Positions 37,919 to 49,300 of a DNA stretch of 64,000 bases are shown here, piece by piece. The DNA comes from Takakia lepidozioides (taxonomy: Eukaryota > Plantae > Bryophyta): positions 372,001 through 436,000 of the forward strand of contig CM060733.1 in NCBI GenBank assembly GCA_030704615.1, in the 5' to 3' direction. The notes under the pieces were generated by a model. That model made no database searches. It worked only from the letters and a program-made list of their open reading frames with translations, and was not told the DNA's origin. A program made the position numbers and the translations under genes. Each line of letters opens with the position of its first letter. The first letter of the stretch is position 1.

Positions 37919-39470
37919 TCACCAGTAATCCCCACAAGAGCATCCCCCATCCTCAAAGTGGTGAAAACGGTTGGCATCGTACAACAATTGTTCGCCCGAC
38001 AATTTTTGAGATGAACTTGGTGGCAGTGTGGCAGTCACCACACACCCGAAAGTTCTTGATGACACACATAGGCATCCCAGGGGGCATCCTGATAAGCCCA
38101 AACGCAATGGCCAGCTTCTCACTATGGAGGCAAAGTGAAAGTTCCTTTGTCTCCTCCAAATCATGCAACACAAAGCCTGTGTTAGGCACATATCCGACAT
38201 CCTTCATCATCCCAGACAATCATCAGCTCGGTGTGGATGTCGTCAATTTGTGGATGCAATTTATCTTCCACAACAAACGTATTCACCTGCTTGTCAACCT
38301 CAATACAGCTGCGGCCTGGCTCTTTTCTCACACCTCTGCCCTCCATCATTCTCCTAACCTTTGCTTTATCATCCCACCTCCCAGCTGCAGCATAGATGTT
38401 TGATAGCAGCACGTATGCAGCAGCATGCTGTGGATCACTCTCAAGCGGATGACTCTCAAGAACATTTTCAGCCGCATGTTCAGCTACCTCCACATCACCA
38501 TGAATTCTGCAGGCACCACGCAAGGCCCTCCACACCCTTGCATCCCGTTTGATTGACATTTTGTTAATAAAATCTTCTGCCTCATTCAATTGCCCTGCAC
38601 GGCCAAGAAGGTCCACCATGCAACCAAAATGTTCCACTGCAGGAGTGAGGCCATGATTCGTTCATGTTACCAAAGTAGTGGCAGCCTTCATCCAATAGGC
38701 CCATCTGGCTGCCTGCAGAGAAGGCCCTCCCGTTGCATCTGTTCAAATAGTCACAGGGCCTCCCTACCAAAACCATGCTGACCATATCCTACAATCATTG
38801 TACTCCATGAGAGCACATCTCGTTCAGTCATATTGTCAAACACTTGCCTTACGCTCCCACACTTCGCACACATGTTAAATATATGAGTCAATTCCAGATT
38901 TGATGATGTTGGCATGGACCTCTTTGCCCTTTTCCAATGCTCCTAGGCTGGCACACGCATCCAGGACACACATGAATGTGACCTTGTCGGGTGTCATTCC
39001 TTCCTGCTGCATGCGATCATACACATTGAGAGCCTCCTTACCAAACCCCTGCTGAGAGTATCATGCGATCAATGCACTCCATGAGACCACATTCCGTTCA
39101 GCCATGTTCTCCAACACTTCCCGTGCATCCCCCATACTCCCACACTTGGAATACATGTCAGCAAGGGCAGTGTCCAAAATGATATCTGGTGTTATTCCAG
39201 CTTTGATGATGTATGCATGGACCTCTTTGCCCTTTTCGAGGGTTCCTAGGCTTGAGCACGCATTGAGAACACAATTGAATGTGACCTTGTTGGCCTTCCC
39301 GTTGCATCTGCTCATAGATCATGAAAGCCTCCCCCAAACCGATGCTGAGCATAACCTGCGATCATTACACTCCATGATACCACATCTCATTTGGCCATAT
39401 TGTCAAACACTTGACGTGCATCCTTCATGCTCCACATTTGGCATACATGTTAGCAAGGGCCAGTTTCCAA
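37919..39470 (-). pseudogene. PPR-DYW pseudogene, tandem duplicate of the adjacent gene
   Basis: Fragments with MYSKCG, EHFGCMVDLLGRAG, YVLLSNIY, EPGRSCIEV, HSEKLA, CGDCH and CSCGDYW in shifting frames. The sequence after the stop (TGAAACAAGCA...CCCAGAAG) matches that of the intact copy. Confidence 0.93.
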
Positions 39471-39717
39471 ACATGCACACCAGCATTCACTTTCTACAAA
39501 TGAAATGACCTCCAGCGCTTGTAGTGAATGATTTTTTGTTGAAACTTGGATTTTCAGGGCCTCTGTCCCCTTTTAATTTGATGTCTGGAAAAACCAGCAA
39601 CAGGATTCTCCTCACTCAACGAGGCATTAGTTCTTCCATTTAAAATCTTTGCTTATGAAGAATTATCACCTTGTGCCACTCCTGTTTCAGGCAGTTCTTC
39701 TGGGAATGTTGCTTGTT

Positions 39718-42700
39718 TCACCAGTAATCCCCACAAGAACAAAGCCCCTCTTGAAAGTGGTGAAAGCGGTTGGCATCCCGTACAACAACAGCTCGCCCAA
39801 CAATCTTTGAGATGAATTTGGTGGCCGTGTGGCAGTCACCACACATCCGAAGGTTCTTGATGATGCGGATAGGCGTCCCAGAGGGGGTGCTTATCAGCCC
39901 AAAAGCAATGGCCAGCTTCTCACTGTGGTGGCAGAGAGAAAATTCCTTTTGCTGCTCCTCCACATCGTGCAATACAAAACGAGTGTCCGGCATGTACCCG
40001 GTTTTCTCCATCTGCTCAGAGAGTCTCTTCAGCTCAGCATGGATTTCCCCCATTTGTGGATGCAGTTTGTCTTCTGCAACAAAGGTATGCACCCGGTTGT
40101 CCACCTCAATACAGCTGCGCCCTGGCTCCTTTCTGACACCTCTCTCATGCATCATTTTTCTGACCTTTGCTGTGTCAGCCCACCTGCCAGCTGCAGCATA
40201 GATGTTTGATAGGAGCACATAGGTTGCAGCGTGCTGTGGATCCCACTTGAGAATGCATGTCGCTGCACGCTCTGCTTGCTCCACGTCTCCATGAATTCTA
40301 CATGCACTAAGCCAGGCCCCCCACACCGTAGCATCTGGTTGAATTGGCATCTTACTAATGAAGTCCTCTGCCTCATCCAATCGCCCTGCACGGCCAAGAA
40401 GGTCCACCATGCAGCCAAAGTGCTCCAGGGTAGGAGTGAGACCATGGTCTTGACTGATGGAAACAAAGTAGTGAAAGCCTTCATCCACTAGGCCCACATG
40501 GCTACATGCAGACAAAACACATATAAAGGTGACACCATTCGGCTCCAAGTCCTCCAGTCTCATGTGTTCAAATAGTTGCAGGGCCTCCCCACCACACCCA
40601 TGCTGGGCATATCCTGCAATCATCGCATTCCATGAGACCACATCTCGTTCAACCATGTTGTCAAACATTTGGCGTGAATCCTTTATGTCCCCACACTTGG
40701 CATACATGTTCACAAGCGCAGTCTCGAGAATAATATCTGATGCAATTCCAGCTTTCATAATGTCAGCATACACCTCTTTTCCCTTTTCCAGGGCTGCCAG
40801 GCTGGCACAAGCATTGAGCACACAGATGAATGTGACCTTGTCGGGCATCACCCCTTCCCCTCGCATTTCCTCATACATCTCGAAAGCCTCCTTATTGAAA
40901 CCATGCTGAGCATATCCTGCAATCATTGTGTTCCATGAGACCAAATCTCGTTCAGCCATATTGCCAAATACTTGGCACGCATCCTTGAGGCTCCCGCATT
41001 TAGCATACATATTGACTAAGGCATTCTCCAAATTAATATATGACCCAATTCCAGTTTTGATAATGTCAGCATGAACCCTTTTGCCCTTTTCCAGGGCACA
41101 TGCATTGAGAATGCAAATGAAGGTGACCGAATCAGGGGTCACCCCTGCCTGTAGCATTTGCTCATAGATCTCAAAAGCCTCCTTACCAAACCCATGCTGA
41201 GCATATCCTGCAATCATCGCACTCCATGAACCCATACCTTGTACAGTCATATTGTCAAACATTTGACGAGCATCATCGAAGCTCCCGCATTTAGCATACA
41301 TGTTAACAAGGCTGTCATCCACATTAATTCCAGCTTTGACGATGTCAGCATGGATCTCTTTACCCTTTTCCAAGGTTGTCAGGCTGGCACACACATTGAG
41401 GACACAAATGTACGTGACCTTGTTGGGTGTCACTGCTTCCTGTACCATCTGCTCATAGACTTTGAAGGCCTCCCAACCACATCTGTGCTGAGCGTAGCCT
41501 GCAATCATTGCATTCCATGAGACTACATCTCGTTTAGCCATACTGTCAAACACTTGATGTGCATCCTTCATGTTTCCGCATTTGGCATACATGTCAACAA
41601 GTGCAGTCTCCAGAATGATATCCGGTGCAATTCTAGCTTTGATGATATCATCATGGACCCTTCTACCATTTTCCAAGGCTTCCAGCCTGGCACATGCCTT
41701 GAGAAGGCAAATAAATGTGACCTTGTCAGGCGTCACTCCTTCCTGTATCATTTGCTCATAGACCTCGAAAGCCTCCCTACTGTAACCATGCTGAGCATAT
41801 CCTGCTATCATCGCACTCCATGCAACAACATCTCGTTGAGCCATATTGTCGAACACGTTACGAGCATCATTCATGTTCCCACATCTGGCATACATGGCGG
41901 CAAGGGCAGTCTCCAAAATGATATCTGGTGCAATTCCAGCTTTGATGATGTCAACATGGACCTCTTTGCCCTTGTCTAGGGCACCGAGGCTAGCGCATGC
42001 ATTGAGAAGGCAAATGAAGGTGACAACGTTGGGAGACAATCCTTTCCACATCATTTGCTCATAGATCTCAAAAGCCTCCCTTCCACAGCCACACTGAGCA
42101 TATCCTGAAATCATTGTATTCCATGAGACCACATTTTGTTGGGCCATATTGTCGAAGACTTGACGTGCATCCTTAACGCTCCCACATTTGGCATACATTT
42201 GAACAAGGGCAGTATCCAGAATGATATCTGATGCAATTCCAGCTTGGATGATGTCAGCATGAACGCTTTTGCCCTTTTCCAAGGTGGCCAGGGTGGTACA
42301 CGCATTGAGAATGCAAATGAACGTGACCTGGTTGGGTGTCACCCCTTCCCATATCATTTGCTCATAAATTTCGAAAGCCTCTCTACAAGACCCATTCTGA
42401 ACATACCCTGTGATCATTGCATTCCATGAGACCACATTCCGTTGAGCCATATTATTAAATACTTGACGTGCATCTCTCACACTCCCACATTTGGCATACA
42501 TGGCAGCAAGGGCAGTCTCCAGAGTGATATCTGGTGCTATGCCAGCTTTGATGATGTCCGCATGGACCTCTTTGCCCTTCTCCAGGGATCCTAGGCTGGC
42601 GCACGCCTTGACAACACAAATGAACGTGACATTGTTGGGCGTCACCCCTTCCCGCACCATTTGCTGATAGGTCTTGACAGCCTCCCTGCCACACCCATGC

Positions 42701-43134
42701 TTAGCATATCCCGCCATCAGCATAGTCCAAGTAAAAACATCTCGCTCAGGCATTTTGTCAAACACTAGGCATGCATCCACCATGCTCCCACACTTGGCAT
42801 ACATGTTGACAAGAGTGTTGAGTAGAGAGATGTTTGGCTTTAATCCACTTTGGTTAATGTGGGCGTGCACCTGCTTTCCCATAGCAAGATTTTCCAATTT
42901 GATGCACGCCCGCAAGAGATGGACATATGTACTGGAGTCAGCAGAAATCCCTTGCTTGTTCAAAATATGCAATGCCTCTTTCAGTTTTCCTGCTTTAGAT
43001 AGTGTCCTCACATTCCCCAAAGAGCCAGAAGAGTTCTTGTTGAGTCCATGACCAGATTGGGCTGGAGCTTGTATCATTGCAGCTAGGTCTGCTTTCACCC
43101 AAGAGGGGTTCAACCGACTCTCAATCCAGAGCAC
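39718..43134 (-). CDS. PLS-class pentatricopeptide repeat protein with E and DYW cytidine deaminase domains (organellar C-to-U editing factor)
   Basis: 1138-codon open frame with 8 MYA(K/R)CG triplet repeats (~303 bp period), E1/E2, PG box, HSEKLA, CGDCH and terminal DYW. The true start may lie in upstream exons (acceptor near 43153; candidate exons ~43600-43830). Confidence 0.97.
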   Translation of the reverse strand: MLWIESRLNPSWVKADLAAMIQAPAQSGHGLNKNSSGSLGNVRTLSKAGKLKEALHILNKQGISADSSTYVHLLRACIKLENLAMGKQVHAHINQSGLKPNISLLNTLVNMYAKCGSMVDACLVFDKMPERDVFTWTMLMAGYAKHGCGREAVKTYQQMVREGVTPNNVTFICVVKACASLGSLEKGKEVHADIIKAGIAPDITLETALAAMYAKCGSVRDARQVFNNMAQRNVVSWNAMITGYVQNGSCREAFEIYEQMIWEGVTPNQVTFICILNACTTLATLEKGKSVHADIIQAGIASDIILDTALVQMYAKCGSVKDARQVFDNMAQQNVVSWNTMISGYAQCGCGREAFEIYEQMMWKGLSPNVVTFICLLNACASLGALDKGKEVHVDIIKAGIAPDIILETALAAMYARCGNMNDARNVFDNMAQRDVVAWSAMIAGYAQHGYSREAFEVYEQMIQEGVTPDKVTFICLLKACARLEALENGRRVHDDIIKARIAPDIILETALVDMYAKCGNMKDAHQVFDSMAKRDVVSWNAMIAGYAQHRCGWEAFKVYEQMVQEAVTPNKVTYICVLNVCASLTTLEKGKEIHADIVKAGINVDDSLVNMYAKCGSFDDARQMFDNMTVQGMGSWSAMIAGYAQHGFGKEAFEIYEQMLQAGVTPDSVTFICILNACALEKGKRVHADIIKTGIGSYINLENALVNMYAKCGSLKDACQVFGNMAERDLVSWNTMIAGYAQHGFNKEAFEMYEEMRGEGVMPDKVTFICVLNACASLAALEKGKEVYADIMKAGIASDIILETALVNMYAKCGDIKDSRQMFDNMVERDVVSWNAMIAGYAQHGCGGEALQLFEHMRLEDLEPNGVTFICVLSACSHVGLVDEGFHYFVSISQDHGLTPTLEHFGCMVDLLGRAGRLDEAEDFISKMPIQPDATVWGAWLSACRIHGDVEQAERAATCILKWDPQHAATYVLLSNIYAAAGRWADTAKVRKMMHERGVRKEPGRSCIEVDNRVHTFVAEDKLHPQMGEIHAELKRLSEQMEKTGYMPDTRFVLHDVEEQQKEFSLCHHSEKLAIAFGLISTPSGTPIRIIKNLRMCGDCHTATKFISKIVGRAVVVRDANRFHHFQEGLCSCGDYW

Positions 43135-46100
43135 CTCGATTGTGCACTTATCTCTGAAATAAGGTAATCTTGGACTTTTCTGTGAAAACCACTTGTGGGC
43201 AGCTGAGCAGCAATAGCTCCAACCACAGCCTTGCTTAAGCCCAGGTTACTGAAAGGAAGTTTCTAAGAGTCTTGTTAGGCTGCGATTCACAAAGCATCCG
43301 TTGCTTATCCAAACTAGCATGCAGCTAGATTTTTTCGTTTATTTAGAAATATCAAGTCACCCCTTGAAGTTTTCATGGCAGACTACCTGTGAACAGCACC
43401 AACTGTAGGCCTTTTTGTGAACTTTGACCCAAGATTCATCTATCTACATGAAATGCTACAATTTTCAAGCTTTGAACAGGCATAGAAAATTGCCCAGCAA
43501 CCCCATTCCAGAATAATTCATTCCTTAACACCAACAGCAGAAAAAAACAGCCTACCAGATTCGCCCCTCGGCTCCGTGGTCGATCATAAGCTGCAGGACT
43601 CACCACAGATGACATCTCTACGAAGCTCTGTGTGCCTGTCTGGTAGAGCGGTGAATGAGTTTCCATATCCTCTCTCCTTCACCTGCAACTCAGATTTTAG
43701 CCACTAACACCACAGCAACGCAGCATGCCCTCTTTCATCCTGCTTGAAACTAAACCGTAACCCCAAACGTAACCGCACACAACTAGTACTCGGGGCCCGA
43801 AACCCCTTCGCTCCATCGCTCCCATTACAACCAAATTTGGATTTTGCGAGGAGAGAGAAGACAGAGGGGCGGCCGCTCTGCGTACATTCAATTTGTATTT
43901 GTCAACTACTATATTGTATTACCTTCACGAAGGTAATATCTGAGGACCATAAAATCAGACTTCTCCAAACCTTCCACCATGGCAATTTCGAACTTGTAAA
44001 TCATCTGAAGAGCCTGTCTAGTTGCAGATCATCGTCCTGGGGACACAGCAGAAACTGAGGGTCTTATTAGTAAACACCATCTTGTTCGTAGTTGTTGGAA
44101 CTGATTCATCTGCTGGAACTAAGTGTTGTCTAGGGAGTGACTGGGCGACCATTCCCAAGGGATTCAGTTCAAAGGGTGACAATTGGTGAGAGAGAGAGAT
44201 ACAATAGCAGAGGGAGAATTTGGCCAAGAAGTCCATCTGTGTGATGCCTCCAGCATGCACTCATGCAGCAAGAAGATCGAGCTTTTCTTCAGGGTTTCAG
44301 GTGTGGAACCTTGGCTTGCTTTTGCAACTTGCAGCTAGAGACCCTTCCATGGACTTTAAACTGTGCTTTTGGAGCCAACTTGAATCAACCCAGGGCGCAT
44401 ATCATGGAGATTTCAGGAAAGACAATTGGAGAAGTTGGTTTTTGCATTTCTCCCTTAGTGCATGAAAGATATTCCCAATGACGGCTTCAAAGGAATCACC
44501 ACCAACACCATTGACAGTCCACCCATCTCACCAGGCATCAGTTTGCAGGCAAAAGGTATCTGCCCCAGGTGCTTTGCCACTTACTGCAAAAGCTGTCTCA
44601 ACATCAGTTGCCACTGTCTGCCTGTTTCAGCAGACTGCAGCTGGAGGGTCCAAGTAAGCCTTTCTTTCTGGCTAGAGCATCTTTAATATGATCTGAAGCT
44701 ATAAAAGTAGCCAAAGGGACCAAAGCATACACTTTGACAAGATTGAGATGAGGGATTCCGTGTCTCATCTCTCATGTATCCTATCAACCGTAGCCTCCCT
44801 CATCCATGTACAAGAGCCTGCTAGCAATGGGGATGGCATGGGCGTAGGAACCTGCATTCAACCATCAGTGCATGTGTGAGGTTTTGACACTCTTCAGAAT
44901 CTATGAATGTTAATTCACTGTCAGAATATGTTGTGAGCTTGAAGATTCTGAGGAATTAGGAACCAGGGAGAACACGGTACTGCAGCAGCCTGTTTCAAGA
45001 ATTTGCCATAACACATGCCATAGCATTTAGAGCCATTCAACCAGTAGAATTTAACCTTTGCTGTTCAAGGGGTCCCAGTCTGGGAATGTGAAAGCTCTCA
45101 TGGACAGAGAAATGTGAGCTTCAGTCTATCTGCCACAAAGTATTTTTGAAGACATTGAACTCTACAACTACAATCGTATAATATATTCGGCTTTATATCA
45201 ACAGGAGGTACACTCACCCTGAGGCAAGCATCTCACATAAGGACAACAAAACAAATGTCAGTGTTAAGGTTGATTCATAAGATCTGAAACCAGTGTCCTT
45301 CGACGTCAACAATGTCATGAAAACACTCTGGGTAAAACAGGTGCAACTACCTCAGAAGACAACTGCCACAGGACCTTTGCTGTAAAATCTTCTGTGGCCC
45401 AGGTTAATAAAGGTTAGTCATTCAGCCGAAACTATGGCTCAACAGGCTACAGGAATGACAATTGTCTCACTTAATAATGAATTGAGTTCAGGGATTGATA
45501 CAACAATACGAGTGATGTTGTGTAGTATTTATCTTTTGAGGGGCTCAGGAGATCCAACATACCATACAAAAGAATGCAGAGGACTGATGACAGCCGCATC
45601 AGTGCTGCCGCCAATGCTTCTCTAATCCTAATCCACGTCGCCATTTCCTTTCTGCTTTGCAAGTACCTCATTAGAGGTGGTCTCAATGTACAAAAAAATG
45701 GGATAAAACTTGTGACCACCCATGACGAGTACTGTGCTGTTTCTTACCAAAAGCCGATTGTTGACAGGCTTTGCAAAGCTGTCTCCATTCTCAACTTTCC
45801 TCTTCTCCAAAGCTACACACAAAAGGAACAGGAGAGCCGTTGTACTCTACCTGCAGTGGCTCCCGTGTGGACCTGCAGGTCACAGATGTAGGTGTCAGTA
45901 CCGCTTTGTCCCCTAGGCTCGCTTGCTGGGAGCTGCAAAGGCAGGGACAAGGTGACAAACCAAGACATACTAGTGAAGAGAGTTGCTACATCTTTGGATG
46001 CCTCTCACTAGATATGCAAGTAGCACTTTACTCTGGTTAACACTCAGGCGCAATTTGGTTGAGGTCTTTGTTAGGAGGGGAAGGGTGGATTGCACTGAAC

Positions 46101-46379
46101 TGTCAATAGACTCGGGTGGAGTTGACTGTGCCTGAGAATCCACCATAGAAGATCCAGAAGAGTTTGAAGGTCACCAGCTGTCAGTTAAAAGATTTGGGGC
46201 TCTAGCAAAACCCAGGGTTGCCTAACCAGAAAATGAACTACCTGACAAAGCTGTCTCCATTGTGAGTAGACTCTCCACAGCAGATAATGTTTTCCTCTAA
46301 CAACACTTCTTGCCCCTTTACGAACATTGAAGCTTCAGGGTTACAGAAAAGATAAACACCTGTCATTAACCTAACCATA

Positions 46380-49300
46380 TCATTGCTTTTCTTCTTCTTG
46401 AATTTTCTCTGTCACTGTATCGGTAGAGCTCAGGCTCGCTTCATTCCCAGGTCCCTTGAAATGGCTGCCAGTCTCCCCATCAACCCCAACATCCATAAGG
46501 GGGGTTGAGGTGCTATCAACCGCAGTGGTTGCCTCCTCTGCATCGCCTTGTTTCTCTGTTTCTGGGTCAGCAAAAAGGTCAGACTCCAGGGAGGGCGAGA
46601 TGCCATGCACATGTTGCCATGTCAGCTCCCACAGGCTGTCACCAGCTGGAGTGCTCGCTCGAACAAGGATCTTGCGTGCATGCATAACCTGTAGCATGTT
46701 CCTTAGTAGTTCTGGAATGAGCTCCTGAAGTTTGTCACTGCCCTTGCCCCGAAGCCGTGCCTTCATGTACATATCCATACGGCTCAGTACCTGGAGCCAC
46801 AGTGTGCGGAACGTGGATAGCTGCACGAGTTGGCCAAGGAACTGAAGATAAAACTTGGATAAGAACTTCATTGCATGGTGGAGCGTGCCTTCCATGCCAC
46901 GGTACTCCTTAGGTGGGTGCCGCAGTGCAATGTCCAGCAGCTCATCCAACAGATTTATCACCACCTGATGCACCATATCATACAAAGCATCAAGGATCCG
47001 TGCAGCATGAAGGGACTATTGTAACCCGGTTTACCCCTGGGAACCTATTTACACACTCCCTCTCCCTGTCCAGTGGACCCTCCATTTTACAATCGAAGTT
47101 CTATCACAATGTTCAACTGGATAATTTGGATTAGCAAACAACCAACAAAGAGACAAACTCAGAGGATGCAAAGAAAAATAAACCTGTTCAAATGCCTGTG
47201 TCCACATGGTAGGGGCAAGAGGGATGCCATCGGCAGCAGCAAGACAGCGCTGTAGACACAATATGGAGTAGTTTCTCACTTCCTCCCTTTGCTCCAAGCA
47301 CACACGCCTCAACCCCTGTGCAAGCCGGAGCCACATCTCGGCCAACTCTTGAGGATAGCGAGGACTACCTTCCAAACTTTCACCCCCTGAGGGTTCTGGC
47401 CCATCGGCTGCTGCCTTTGACCACCGGGTAAGACAGCCCACAGAGTCAGCAAGCAGATCTAAGGCGCGGATTGAGCGATCTACTCCCCCTACTCGCGCTT
47501 CCGCAAATGCGCGTGCTGCATCCAAACAAAGCACATAATTGGCAGGAGTCAAATGAGCCCCATCTGACATGATGAACACAAGCGCTTCAAACCCAGGTTC
47601 TGAAGCCTCAGGGTGTCGTGCTGTGATTGACAAGAGAGACGACACTGTTCGCCAACCCATAGGTGACTTGATGTGACTGGCATTTGCCCTCACAAGAATC
47701 ATAACTTCTTGAGTAATTTTCTCACAAAACGCATCAGCCACCCGTGCATCAAGCTTCAAAATGAGCTGCAACGATCTAAGGAGCTCTTCCGCCAGATTTT
47801 CCTTGTAAGGAAGCAGTCGTTGGCATATTCTAAGTAACCCAAACACTGCTTTCTCAACCAAGAGGCCTGGTACCACTGTGGTCTGTACAATTCCTGCCAT
47901 GTGCTCATAAACCCCTTGCCACAGCAGCATAATGCGATCACGATTGTTGAGGGTGATTGCTATCAACAACTCCAAGCAGAAGACTGCAGTATCTTCATCC
48001 TCCGGTGAGCCCCCACTTTTCTGAGGCCTGCCAGCTGCCCATATGAGCGCCCGTGCCAGCTGCAGCAACGAGTCCGCTTGCAAGAACTTACTGTCAGTAA
48101 AAATTTGGTCAATATGGCATGCTTCAATGGTGCGCAATGTCCGCTGGTGAGCTGCAAGTTGTTGTTCTGTGGGGGCTGATCGTGGCTCGTCACTTTCCAG
48201 TGATAGGAGCTGGCTGAACCGGGACATCAAACCCGAGGACCGTCGGCGGGTGCCTATTGCGGGCACTGGAGCCATTGAGATAGAGCCCCCAACAATTTTC
48301 CCTTGCGTTGAGTCACCTGCAAGAGTAACTTTCTCTTTGTGACACCAGTTCATCTAGCTTAGGTCTCCACTCTCAGCACAGACGCGCACTTTCAATGAAA
48401 ACTAGCAGTTATTCTTCCCTGCATATAACCCCAAGAAGATCGGTGAACTGCATCTCTTCCGATAAAGTTGCTATCTTTGAAGAGACACGCTATCTTAAGA
48501 GTTATCTATCACCATCATCAAATCCACACCCAAAGTGTTCCAACTGCCAAAAGTGGCGAGTTCACAAAGGCTCTATTTCAACATTAAAGCGCTGAAGGCA
48601 ACGTCACTGGCCCCAGCCACCACATGCAGGGAGGTAATCTACAACCCCAGCACAACAATTGGCTACGTCTCTACAAGATCACATGACTGCTATTAGATTC
48701 AACTTCCACAGGTGGAAAATGCTTACCTGTCCCATCAGTGTCATCCGTTGTGTCACTCGCCACACGGGGAGGCAAAAGACCCAACTTGTGTAGACGCAAA
48801 ATGCAATCTAGGATGTTGCGCCACCCGGTACGGATGAAGTCCCCAAACTTATTTGCAATGGTGAACACTGTAACAGCTGCCATGCGTGCCTTGGTATCAT
48901 CACCAAATGCAGCCACTGGTTCCTCGGCAGATGCTGTTGGGTTAAGCAGCGTGGTGAACTTGCAGAGAGAGACCACCAGGTCATCTAACACATCCTCTAA
49001 TCGATGGCTGGCAGAGATTTTCGCGACTGCTAGGAAGCCATCGACACACGCACGCAGGACCTAGTGACAGAGAAGCAAATTGACAGTCCTCAGTCATGTT
49101 AGATACTTCAATTCTACAAGACTTCTCTACCAGGTTGTTGGAGCTCTGCCAACATCGAGGACTGTGTCAGTAGCTGTGCAATCAAATTCCTGTTCAAATT
49201 GAAAAATTCTCATGTTGCAGGTCACGGGTACATACTGCAAGGTCTTCCTGTGGCTAAAACAACAACTGATGCAATAAAAACACTGAAATGATTCTAGTAA

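Noticed and set aside
44000-46370. Short ORFs between the PPR gene and GNOM
   Set aside because: No recognisable motifs or consistent splice pattern. Probably UTR or intergenic.
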